From an uncultured Bacteroidaceae bacterium (lineage in GTDB: Bacteria; Bacteroidota; Bacteroidia; Bacteroidales; Bacteroidaceae): 64,000 bases of DNA. Shown piece by piece: positions 28,496-36,748 of this stretch. A program made the translations under genes and the position numbers. The notes under the pieces are model-generated. The model did no database searches. It saw nothing but the letters and a program-made list of their open reading frames with translations, and was not told the origin of the DNA. The DNA lies in NCBI GenBank assembly GCA_905235565.1, contig CAJOLR010000007.1, positions 22,264-86,263 of the forward strand, in the 5' to 3' direction. Numbering within the stretch: the stretch's first letter is position 1; every line of letters begins with the position of its first letter.

Positions 28496-29245
28496 TTGAA
28501 AGTAAAGAAGGTTCTCATTTCACAGCCGCAGCCCACAACGGGCAAGTCTCCCTATTTTGACTTAGCTGAGAAATATGGTGTTGAGTTTGTGTTCAAACCC
28601 TTTATCCGGGTTGAGCCGCTGACAGCTAAAGAGTTCAGGCAGCAACATGTCAATATTCTTGACCACACTGCTGTGGTTTTCACATCACGCCATGCTGTAG
28701 ATCATTTCTTCCAGTTGTGTGCCGAAATGAGAATAACCATTCCGGAGGACATGAAGTATTTCTGCATCACAGAGACCGTATCTCTATATATCCAGAAGTA
28801 TGTCCAGTACCGCAAACGCAAGGTTTTCTTCGGCAATACAGGAAAGGTCGACAGCCTCATGGCCCCTATCCTCAAGCATAAGACTGAAAGGTATTTCATT
28901 CCGATGTCAAACGTTCATACCGGTGAACTCAAGGACCTTCTCGATGCAAACAAGATAGCCCATACGGAGGCCATAATGTACCGCACGGTCAGCAATGAGT
29001 TCCAGGCAGGCGAACTTGACGACTTCGATATGCTGGTATTCTTCAGTCCCGCAGGAATAGACTCACTCAAGCAGAATGCACCTGACTTCGTTCAGGGAGA
29101 AAAAGTGATAGGCTGTTTTGGCGGGACCACAGCCAAGGCCATCCGTGATGCTGGCCTGCGTCTGGATATTGAGGCTCCGGTACCCGGAATCACCTCCATG
29201 TCTGCCGCAATTGATACCTGGTTTGCAGCCAACCAGAAAAAGTAA
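28496..29245 (+). CDS. hemD: uroporphyrinogen-III synthase (HemD-family)
   Basis: KVKKVLISQPQP...FKPFIRVEPL matches HemD-like proteins found upstream of rnpA in Bacteroidales. I propose a TTG start at 28496, because the only in-frame ATG (28415) overlaps the preceding gene by 70 nt. Confidence 0.75.
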   Translation: MKVKKVLISQPQPTTGKSPYFDLAEKYGVEFVFKPFIRVEPLTAKEFRQQHVNILDHTAVVFTSRHAVDHFFQLCAEMRITIPEDMKYFCITETVSLYIQKYVQYRKRKVFFGNTGKVDSLMAPILKHKTERYFIPMSNVHTGELKDLLDANKIAHTEAIMYRTVSNEFQAGELDDFDMLVFFSPAGIDSLKQNAPDFVQGEKVIGCFGGTTAKAIRDAGLRLDIEAPVPGITSMSAAIDTWFAANQKK

Positions 29246-29313
29246 TTCAAATCTCATATCAACGGGTCCCATCAATCAGGTACTTTGCCTGGAATGGAAC
29301 CCGTTTCTGTTTC

Positions 29314-29709
29314 ATGGCTACCGGGGCATACAGATTTACCAAGCAGGAGCGTTTGTGCAGCAGTAAGCTCACTGACAGACTGTTCAGTCAGGGAAACCGC
29401 CAGATAGCGGTGTTTCCCGTAAGGTTGGTTTGGCTCCTGGTCGATGAGTCCGAACAGAGTGGTGTCCGGATTCTCATAAGCGCTCCCAAGCGGAATTTCC
29501 ATCACGCGGTAGACAGGAACAGGATCAAGCGCCAGATCCGCGAGTTCTATCGTACGTCTTCGGTAGAGCTCAAGGAGATTGTCGCCAGGCGTGGGAAAGG
29601 GCTGGTACTTGCATTCCTTTACAACGACAACCGGTTGTGGGATTCCGACAAGCTGGCCCCACGGCTTCAGGCGGCATTGGGAAAATTACAGGAAACACTC
29701 TTGGAATGA
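29314..29709 (+). CDS. rnpA: ribonuclease P protein component
   Basis: 131-aa basic protein, [19 protein letters not shown]...[13 protein letters not shown]. Confidence 0.85.
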   Translation: MATGAYRFTKQERLCSSKLTDRLFSQGNRQIAVFPVRLVWLLVDESEQSGVRILISAPKRNFHHAVDRNRIKRQIREFYRTSSVELKEIVARRGKGLVLAFLYNDNRLWDSDKLAPRLQAALGKLQETLLE

Positions 29710-29951
29710 TGCGCAAGCTGTTAAATATTTTTACCAAATCACTGAGTTGGTTGCTGATGCTTCCCATCAGGTTCTACAGGGCTTATATATCTCCCCTGAA
29801 ACCTCCCTCCTGCAGGTTTACCCCCACATGTTCGGAGTACGCCATCCAGGCTATTACAAAACACGGTCCGTTCAAGGGTACATGGCTCGCCGTCAAACGT
29901 GTCCTGCGCTGTCATCCATGGGGCGGCTCCGGGTATGATCCGGTTCCTTAA
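29706..29951 (+). CDS. yidD: membrane protein insertion efficiency factor YidD
   Basis: Conserved [23 protein letters not shown] motif. The start at MMRKLL has a 4-nt overlap with the rnpA stop. Confidence 0.9.
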   Translation: MMRKLLNIFTKSLSWLLMLPIRFYRAYISPLKPPSCRFTPTCSEYAIQAITKHGPFKGTWLAVKRVLRCHPWGGSGYDPVP

Positions 29952-29966
29952 ATTGAGAATTCAGAA

Positions 29967-30599
29967 TTGGGAATAGTTGATATACATACTCACGTTTTGC
30001 CGGAGGAGCCCGGAACGGCACTGGTGTGCATAGGATGCGGACCGTTGCCACAGGAGGATGGACATTGGTTTAGCGCAGGCCTCCATCCCTGGGATGTGAG
30101 CGGGCATTCTGACAATCAACTGGGAATATTGGAGGATCTGCTTGCGAATCCTGCGGTCAGGGCGGTCGGAGAGTGCGGATTCGACACGCTGAAGGGACCT
30201 TCGCACGATCTGCAGGAACAGGCCTTCGTGCGCCAGTGTCAGCTGTCGGAACGGTACGGAAAGCCGATGATATTGCATGTTGTACGTGATTTTGACAGTG
30301 TAATCAGGCTGCATAGGCAGCTCAGGCCAGGACAGCCCTGGCTCATTCACGGATTCCGGGGAGGGCCGGAGCAGATGCGCCAGCTTCATGCCGACGGGCT
30401 ATTGGTTTCTTTCGGCTCAAAATACAATCCGCTATCACTTGGCGGGGTTCAGCCGGACCGGCTTTTTCTGGAAACCGACGGTGTGGGAGATATCGGTGAC
30501 ATTATCCGCGATGCTGCCAGGCTGAGGTCCCAATCAGTTGAATCGGTCAAGCAGACAATCACCGCCAACGCGTTGAATTTCCTTCAGCGGAGTTTCTGA
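29967..30599 (+). CDS. TatD-family metal-dependent hydrolase
   Basis: N-terminal VDIHTH metal-binding motif, GECGFD, ILHVV, 210 aa. Confidence 0.8.
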   Translation: MGIVDIHTHVLPEEPGTALVCIGCGPLPQEDGHWFSAGLHPWDVSGHSDNQLGILEDLLANPAVRAVGECGFDTLKGPSHDLQEQAFVRQCQLSERYGKPMILHVVRDFDSVIRLHRQLRPGQPWLIHGFRGGPEQMRQLHADGLLVSFGSKYNPLSLGGVQPDRLFLETDGVGDIGDIIRDAARLRSQSVESVKQTITANALNFLQRSF

Positions 30600-30640
30600 A
30601 ACAAAAGCCCCCGCCTATTGCTTCTTTAAGCAAAGAATAG

Positions 30641-30648
30641 TATATTTG
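30641..30648 (+). promoter_or_regulatory. -7 box (TATATTTG)
   Basis: TAnnTTTG match 32 nt upstream of the tyrS ATG. Confidence 0.45.
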
Positions 30649-30679
30649 CGCACTTTATTAAAAATCTAAAATCATAACG

Positions 30680-31978
30680 ATGACTAATTTTGTTGAAGAA
30701 CTGACCTGGAGAGGTATGATTCACCAGATGATGCCCGGTACCGATGAACTGCTGAGCAAGGAACAGGTAACCGCCTATGTGGGATTTGATCCCACTGCCG
30801 ATTCCCTCCATATCGGACACCTGTGCAGCATCATGATATTACGCCATTTCCAGCGTTGCGGCCACAAGCCCCTGGCACTCATCGGCGGCGCCACCGGAAT
30901 GATAGGTGACCCCAGCGGAAAATCGCAGGAGCGCAACCTCCTGAACGAGGAGACACTCAAGCACAACGTAGAGTGCATCCGCAAACAACTGGGTAAGTTC
31001 CTGGATTTTGACAGCGACGCTCCCAACAAGGCGGAACTTGTAAATAATTATGACTGGTTGAAAGATGTCACTTTCCTGGATTTCTCCCGTGACATCGGAA
31101 AGCATATAACCGTCAATTACATGATGGCAAAGGATTCCGTAAAGAAGCGTCTGAACGGTGAGGCCCGTGACGGACTCTCCTTTACCGAGTTCACGTACCA
31201 GTTGCTTCAGGGATATGATTTCCTTTATCTCAACGAGCATAAGAACTGCAAGCTCCAGATGGGCGGTGCCGATCAGTGGGGAAACATAACCACCGGTGCC
31301 GAACTTATCCGCCGGATCAACGGAACGGAGTGCTTTGCACTGACATGCCCGCTCATCACCAAGTCAGACGGCACCAAGTTCGGAAAGACCGAGGGAGGAA
31401 ACGTATGGCTCAATCCTGAGTACACATCACCCTACAAATTCTATCAGTTCTGGCTGAACGTAAGCGATGAGGATGCCAAGCGCTATATCAAGATATTCAC
31501 CAACATCAGCAAGGAGGAGTGTGAGTCTCTGACAGCGGAGCATGATGCCGCTCCCCATCTGCGCCTGATACAGAAACGTCTGGCCAAGGACGTAACCTGC
31601 ATGGTTCACAGTGAGGCCGATTACAAGGCAGCCGCCGAGGCTTCGGAGATCCTTTTCGGCAACAATGCAGGGACAGATGACCTTAAGAGCATAGACGAGT
31701 CGATGCTTCTGACCGTATTCGAGGGTGTGCCCCAGTTCCGTTTCAGCCGCGAAGTCCTGAGGCAGGATGTCAAGGCTTCGGATTTCCTGACTGATATCTG
31801 CCCCGTATTCTTCAGCAAGAGTGAGGCCCGCAAGATGATGCAGGGCGGAGGCGTATCGGTCAACAAGGAGAAGACGTATGACCATTCCCGCGTTTTTACC
31901 GAGGCCGACCTTGTGGATGATCGCTATATCGTGTTGCAGAGAGGAAAGAAAAACTACTATCTGCTGATAGCCGAATAA
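30680..31978 (+). CDS. tyrS: tyrosine--tRNA ligase
   Basis: HIGH motif (SLHIGHL), KMSKS variant KFGKT, C-terminal S4-like domain, 432 aa. Confidence 0.95.
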   Translation: MTNFVEELTWRGMIHQMMPGTDELLSKEQVTAYVGFDPTADSLHIGHLCSIMILRHFQRCGHKPLALIGGATGMIGDPSGKSQERNLLNEETLKHNVECIRKQLGKFLDFDSDAPNKAELVNNYDWLKDVTFLDFSRDIGKHITVNYMMAKDSVKKRLNGEARDGLSFTEFTYQLLQGYDFLYLNEHKNCKLQMGGADQWGNITTGAELIRRINGTECFALTCPLITKSDGTKFGKTEGGNVWLNPEYTSPYKFYQFWLNVSDEDAKRYIKIFTNISKEECESLTAEHDAAPHLRLIQKRLAKDVTCMVHSEADYKAAAEASEILFGNNAGTDDLKSIDESMLLTVFEGVPQFRFSREVLRQDVKASDFLTDICPVFFSKSEARKMMQGGGVSVNKEKTYDHSRVFTEADLVDDRYIVLQRGKKNYYLLIAE

Positions 31979-31989
31979 GGGAAAAACCC

Positions 31990-31997
31990 TATCTTTG
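31990..31997 (+). promoter_or_regulatory. -7 box (TATCTTTG) for tRNA-Gln
   Basis: TAnnTTTG match 26 nt upstream of tRNA position 1. Confidence 0.45.
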
Positions 31998-32022
31998 CAA
32001 GCCCGTTAAGGGATAAGGCGAT

Positions 32023-32093
32023 TGTCGTATGGTGTAATGGCAGCACAACAGGTTTTGGTTCTGTTTGTCCTGGTTCGAATCCGGGTACGACAG
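32023..32093 (+). tRNA. tRNA-Gln (anticodon UUG)
   Basis: Hand-folded cloverleaf. The 7-bp acceptor stem TGTCGTA/TACGACA is perfect. It has a D arm, anticodon stem ACAGG/TCTGT with loop TT-TTG-GT, and T arm CCTGG-TTCGAAT-CCGGG. It is 71 nt, has no encoded CCA, and is followed by a T run. Confidence 0.9.
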
Positions 32094-32140
32094 CTTTTTT
32101 GAGGAAATTTCCACTGTTCGGAACAATTCTTAATGTTATT

Positions 32141-32175
32141 GACACGTTTCTGACGCCCCATGCCGGAAACGTGTC
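32141..32175 (+). other. 12-bp-stem hairpin between tRNA-Gln and a promoter-like box
   Basis: GACACGTTTCTG pairs with CCGGAAACGTGTC (one G-U pair) around an 11-nt loop. There is no T tract after it. Confidence 0.5.
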
Positions 32176-32176
32176 A

Positions 32177-32184
32177 TATCTTTG
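32177..32184 (+). promoter_or_regulatory. orphan -7 box (TATCTTTG)
   Basis: Exact TAnnTTTG match with no annotated gene downstream. A terminator follows about 100 nt later. Confidence 0.35.
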
Positions 32185-32276
32185 TGCCGTAAGTTTTCAT
32201 GCACATATTTGGTTAGTAATTGACTTTCGTGATGTCTGGACTCCGGTCTGCGAAGATGAGGACAAGGACTTTTAAA

Positions 32277-32306
32277 AGGGGCCGCTAAAACCGGCCTCTT
32301 TTTTTG
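32277..32306 (+). terminator. rho-independent terminator of an unannotated short transcript
   Basis: 8-bp stem AGGGGCCG / CGGCCTCT (one G-U pair), 7-nt loop, then TTTTTTGATTTT. Confidence 0.6.
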
Positions 32307-32418
32307 ATTTTAACATTTCGGACATTGACAAAAATGCAAAATCAGATAGCTGTAGGCTATTTTTTGTCTTTTTATTAAAAAAATGGAAATAAAACTATTA
32401 CAAAAGCAAAAAAATAGT

Positions 32419-32426
32419 TAACTTTG
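32419..32426 (+). promoter_or_regulatory. -7 box (TAACTTTG), candidate PUL operon promoter
   Basis: TAnnTTTG match 47 nt upstream of the ATG at 32473, in an AT-rich region. Confidence 0.45.
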
Positions 32427-32472
32427 GCCGCTAACTCGAATTTTAATAATAATAAAATAACCAATCAAGCTT

Positions 32473-33507
32473 ATGAAAAAGCGTTATCTTTTTCCCGCCG
32501 ATTACATGGCAGATCCCTCTGTACACGTGTTCAACGGCAGGGTTTACATCTATCCTTCTCATGACTGGGAATGCGAAAACGTCGAGAACGACAACGGCGA
32601 CCAGTATGTCATGAAGGATTATCATGTCCTTTCCACCGATGACATTATGAACGGTGAGGTTGTTGACCATGGAAAGGTCATAGGTCTGGAAGATATTCCA
32701 TGGGCTGGCCGCCAGCTTTGGGATTGCGATGTCCAGGAGTATGAAATCGAGGTTCCCACCAATGCGGAGGAGCAGTCAAAGGGGATGGGTTTCAGCAAGA
32801 AGGTGAAGCGTTATATCATGTACTTCCCGATGAAGGACCGCAATGATGTGTTCCATTGGGGTACAGCCATCGCTCAGCGTCCCGAGGGCCCGTTCATTCC
32901 AAATCCGGCTCCGGTTGCAGGCAGCTACAGCATTGACATGTGCGCTTTCCGCGATGATGCAGACGGTGAGGTCTATGTTTATTTCGGCGGTCTCTGGGGC
33001 GGTCAGCTTCAGCGCTACAAGGACAATATCCACCTTGAGACACCCTATCTGCCGGAGGGAAAAGAGGATTCCCTGCCCAGCCGTTGCGTACGTCTTACCA
33101 GGGACGGCCTGAACTTTGCAGAGGCTCCGCGTCCTATCCAGGTGGTTGACGGGAATGGTAATCCTCTCAAGGCCGATGATCCGCACCGCTTCTTCGAGGC
33201 ATCATGGATGCACAAATACAAAGGCAAGTATTATTTCTCATATTCAACCGGCGACAGCCATCTGCTGTGCTACGCTACCGGTGACAACCCTTACGGTCCA
33301 TTCACTTATCAGGGCGTTATCCTAACCCCTGTGGTAGGCTGGACCACACATCATTCGATCATTGAATACAAGGGCAAGTGGTATCTGTTCCATCATGACA
33401 GTGTGCCTTCGGGCGGAAAGTCATGGCTCCGTAGCCTTAAGGTCTGTGAACTTGAGTATGATGCCCAGGGGCACATCAAGACCATCGAAGGTATTGATAA
33501 GGAATGA
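32473..33507 (+). CDS. glycoside hydrolase family 43 (arabinofuranosidase/xylosidase type), no signal peptide
   Basis: MADPSVHVFNGRVYIYPSHD catalytic-base region with five-bladed-propeller-like repeats. The N-terminus MKKRYLFPADY has no hydrophobic signal. Confidence 0.85.
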   Translation: MKKRYLFPADYMADPSVHVFNGRVYIYPSHDWECENVENDNGDQYVMKDYHVLSTDDIMNGEVVDHGKVIGLEDIPWAGRQLWDCDVQEYEIEVPTNAEEQSKGMGFSKKVKRYIMYFPMKDRNDVFHWGTAIAQRPEGPFIPNPAPVAGSYSIDMCAFRDDADGEVYVYFGGLWGGQLQRYKDNIHLETPYLPEGKEDSLPSRCVRLTRDGLNFAEAPRPIQVVDGNGNPLKADDPHRFFEASWMHKYKGKYYFSYSTGDSHLLCYATGDNPYGPFTYQGVILTPVVGWTTHHSIIEYKGKWYLFHHDSVPSGGKSWLRSLKVCELEYDAQGHIKTIEGIDKE

Positions 33508-33544
33508 TACAGGATAACGGATTATTTAATTAACAAACTTTATA

Positions 33545-36500
33545 ATGAAACAGATTAATTCTCTAAAAAACCGTTTCGGGTTAATCGGGGTAATCATGGC
33601 TTTCCTGGCCACTTCATTCGGTGTTACATCATGTAGGCCGGACTTTGATTTGGACAGAAGGATGCCTTCGTGGCTCGGAACAAGTATCTATGAGACCCTT
33701 GACGAAGGTTTTTATCAGAATGACACTGCCAATTCAGGTAAGTTCTACACATTCAAGACCTTCGTAAGGCTTATCGATGACTTGGGTCAGAAGGATATCC
33801 TGGCCAAGACAGGTAGTAAGACTCTCTTTGTAGCCAGTGATGAGGCATTTGAGGAATTCTTCAGGAACTGCCCCTTTAAGGGAGTCAGCAGTTATGATGA
33901 TTTGACCGAAGCCCAGAAGAAGATGATTCTGAACGGCTCGATGCTTAACAACGTCTATCAGGTGGCTATGCTTTCAAGCAGCCCCGGTGGTGAGCAGAAT
34001 CCTCCTTTGCTGGGTAACTGTATGCGCAGGGTATCGGCTTCACAGACACTGGATTCAATTCCTGTCGTTTTACCCGATGATCTGCCTGACAACCCCTTCT
34101 GGACCTATCAGCGTGAGAAGTCAGACAAGGGTATCGTACTCCTGCAGGACGGAACCAACAGACCTCTTGTTTTCTTTGTTCCCAAGTTCATGCAGATGCA
34201 TGGTCTGGACAATGACGACTATGATTTCCTTTTCCGTCTTGGCGGTTACAGCCTTCCCGGAAAATACAGGCCTCCTCACGATCCGGACAATGCAAGTGTC
34301 AACGGTGCAACCATTGAGAAAGCTAACAAGAAGTGTTACAATGGATTCCTTCACGTTATGTCGCAGGTCGTATATCTTCTTCCCAATATGGCCGAAGAGC
34401 TTCAGAATAATGACAGCACCAAGATATACAGTTCAATTATAGAGCGTTTCTCAGCTCCTTCGTATGTCAGATCTGAGAGAGCAAACAGGGATCAGAACAT
34501 CAGGAACATGATTGATAATCCCAACTCAAAGATATCTCAGGCTGTCAAGGACGCTATGGATGCCAGCAATGACTCCGTATACGTCAAGAAGTATCTGTCA
34601 CAGCGCGCCAATCCTTCATCAGGTAACGGCAGCAGCGGCAATGCCTCTCCTTTCCAGAATGACGTTTGGGGCAATACGCTCCTGGCAACAAATGAGCTCC
34701 TTAAGTTTGATCCGGGATGGAACAGCCTGTTGCCACCCAGCAGCAATGAAGCAGCAATTGCACTGCAGGAGGACATAGCAGTCATGTTTGTTCCAAAAGA
34801 TGAAGCTCTTAAGGAATGGTGGCTTGAAGGTATAGGTGCCAAGCTGAGAGAAAGATACGGTGATCCGACATTGGCAGGCCGTACAAACCTTTCTACAGAT
34901 GAGGTTATCCAGGATATGAAGGGAGTTCCTCTGGGAGTTATCGTTGAGTTGGTCAACAACAATATGCAGAACTCTCTCATATCTTCCGTTCCCAGCAAGT
35001 TCGCAACCGTGCTCGATGATGCCCAGGATCCGTTCTTCGGTCCCAAGACTACACGTGCTGATGCAGAGAAATCAATCGATGATGTTGCCATGTGCTGCAA
35101 CGGTGCAATATATTTTACTAATAAGGTATATTCTCCTACCGCTTACAAGTCAGTATCATATCCTGTCCTTGTAAATGAGAAGCTTAAGGTTATCAACTGG
35201 GCTGTCAAGGACGTCAAGCTGGCATACAAGGCATATCTGAATTCAACCGTTGCCGAGTACAGTTTCTTTGTTCCGATAGTTGATACCACAGGAGTATTTG
35301 AAGGCAAGATGGTTTGGATCGATCCTTCTTCGTTCTACCTTAAGAAGTACAAGACAACCGAGCCAATCGGCAATATCAAGGCCCTTGCTTTCAGCTATGG
35401 CAAATACGGCGGAAAGGAGACAGTTATGGCCGATGTATATAACTACAACGATACGACCGGTCAGTTCACTCCTACCGGTGAGACCTTAAGGGCTAATGAC
35501 GGTTCTTCGACCGAGGATGCCGCAACCAGGATTATCCGCAACCGCCTCCTTGACCTTATAGATTACCATATTGTAATAGGTGAAGTTGAGGCAGACTCAG
35601 TTCCGCAGGTTACAATCGGCGGCAAGAAGTACTCCTATTTCAAGACCAAGGGTGGCGGAACCATCAGGTTCAAGAACTCAGCATCATTTGGCGACATCGA
35701 TGACATGGAGGTTGCCGGTGGCTGGCAGATTGAAAATGAGGGTCAGTCTGAAGATGTCCAGAGACCTGTAAAGATCATTGAGCGTGTTGACCTTAACAAG
35801 AAGACATCAAAGAATGACGGTAACGGTAGAACCTATATCATTGACCGTCCTCTGCTTCCGGCAAGAATGTCTGTCTATGATATCGTATCCGATACGGTCA
35901 CTTATCCTGAGTTCGCCGCATTCTTCAGGCTGATGAATGAGGCCCAGATATTCTCAACCAGGTCAAACCGTCATGATATTGCTTCACTTAGGGCTATAAC
36001 CACATTCAGTGCTTATCACTATACGGTATACGTTCCCAAGAATGCCACGGTACAGGCACTTATTGACAGCAAGAAACTGATTTTCTCTTCGGAACTCGAT
36101 GCTATTGACAATCAGTTCAAGAACTATCAGACTCAGCTGAACAGGGCCTACAGAGGTGTTGAGAACAGAGACAGTCTTGTGTTCAGTGATCTGGCTGATT
36201 CAATCCTCAAGATATCAGAGAAGTATTACGGAATCACAGACAGGAATGTCATAATAGAATCACTTAAGGCCAAGAAGGCATCCGATTCGCCAACTATGGC
36301 TTTCTCAGACATGAAGAGAGACCAGCTTATCAACTTTGTCAAGTATCACATCCAGGATAACTCGGTTTATGTGGGTGCCAGCTTCAATGCCGGTGTTGAT
36401 GAAGAGACAGGTGTAAAGGTTCAGAAAGCCAAATATGAGACCGCCTACCTGAAAGGCCGCCAGTTTGTAAAACTAATGGTTAAGGGTGGCGATTCCATCG

Positions 36501-36730
36501 AACTTACCGACCAGAAGGGTAATGTCAGAAGAGTTGTTACTGATACTACCACTCCTTCAGGTAAGCCCTATTATAATATAATGTGTCGTGAGTATGAGAT
36601 CAAACCTATTACCGATAATAGGGAGTTGACAGATCAGAATTATGCTACCGACTTCTTGATTGAGGCTGCTTCGAATGCTGTTGTCCATCTGATTGACGCT
36701 CCGTTGTGCAGCGGTGACTTTAATTTCTAA
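33545..36730 (+). CDS. surface lipoprotein with three FAS1 (fasciclin)-like domains
   Basis: Lipobox FGVTSC. Three H1/H2-like motif pairs: TLFVASDEAF..NGFLHVMSQV; VMFVPKDEAL..CNGAIYFTNKV; YTVYVPKNATV..NAVVHLIDAPL. Confidence 0.7.
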   Translation: MKQINSLKNRFGLIGVIMAFLATSFGVTSCRPDFDLDRRMPSWLGTSIYETLDEGFYQNDTANSGKFYTFKTFVRLIDDLGQKDILAKTGSKTLFVASDEAFEEFFRNCPFKGVSSYDDLTEAQKKMILNGSMLNNVYQVAMLSSSPGGEQNPPLLGNCMRRVSASQTLDSIPVVLPDDLPDNPFWTYQREKSDKGIVLLQDGTNRPLVFFVPKFMQMHGLDNDDYDFLFRLGGYSLPGKYRPPHDPDNASVNGATIEKANKKCYNGFLHVMSQVVYLLPNMAEELQNNDSTKIYSSIIERFSAPSYVRSERANRDQNIRNMIDNPNSKISQAVKDAMDASNDSVYVKKYLSQRANPSSGNGSSGNASPFQNDVWGNTLLATNELLKFDPGWNSLLPPSSNEAAIALQEDIAVMFVPKDEALKEWWLEGIGAKLRERYGDPTLAGRTNLSTDEVIQDMKGVPLGVIVELVNNNMQNSLISSVPSKFATVLDDAQDPFFGPKTTRADAEKSIDDVAMCCNGAIYFTNKVYSPTAYKSVSYPVLVNEKLKVINWAVKDVKLAYKAYLNSTVAEYSFFVPIVDTTGVFEGKMVWIDPSSFYLKKYKTTEPIGNIKALAFSYGKYGGKETVMADVYNYNDTTGQFTPTGETLRANDGSSTEDAATRIIRNRLLDLIDYHIVIGEVEADSVPQVTIGGKKYSYFKTKGGGTIRFKNSASFGDIDDMEVAGGWQIENEGQSEDVQRPVKIIERVDLNKKTSKNDGNGRTYIIDRPLLPARMSVYDIVSDTVTYPEFAAFFRLMNEAQIFSTRSNRHDIASLRAITTFSAYHYTVYVPKNATVQALIDSKKLIFSSELDAIDNQFKNYQTQLNRAYRGVENRDSLVFSDLADSILKISEKYYGITDRNVIIESLKAKKASDSPTMAFSDMKRDQLINFVKYHIQDNSVYVGASFNAGVDEETGVKVQKAKYETAYLKGRQFVKLMVKGGDSIELTDQKGNVRRVVTDTTTPSGKPYYNIMCREYEIKPITDNRELTDQNYATDFLIEAASNAVVHLIDAPLCSGDFNF

Positions 36731-36748
36731 TCAGCAAACATAATTACA

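Noticed and set aside
31957-32145. 62-aa minus-strand ORF overlapping tRNA-Gln
   Set aside because: The region folds into a perfect tRNA cloverleaf on the plus strand, so the ORF is incidental.
31979-32472. The tRNA-Gln-adjacent PUL as an integrated mobile or genomic island
   Set aside because: I recognised no integrase, transposase or mobilisation gene anywhere in 32-64 kb, and I did not notice a direct repeat of the tRNA 3' end. tRNA adjacency alone is insufficient, though I could not search for the repeat exhaustively by eye.
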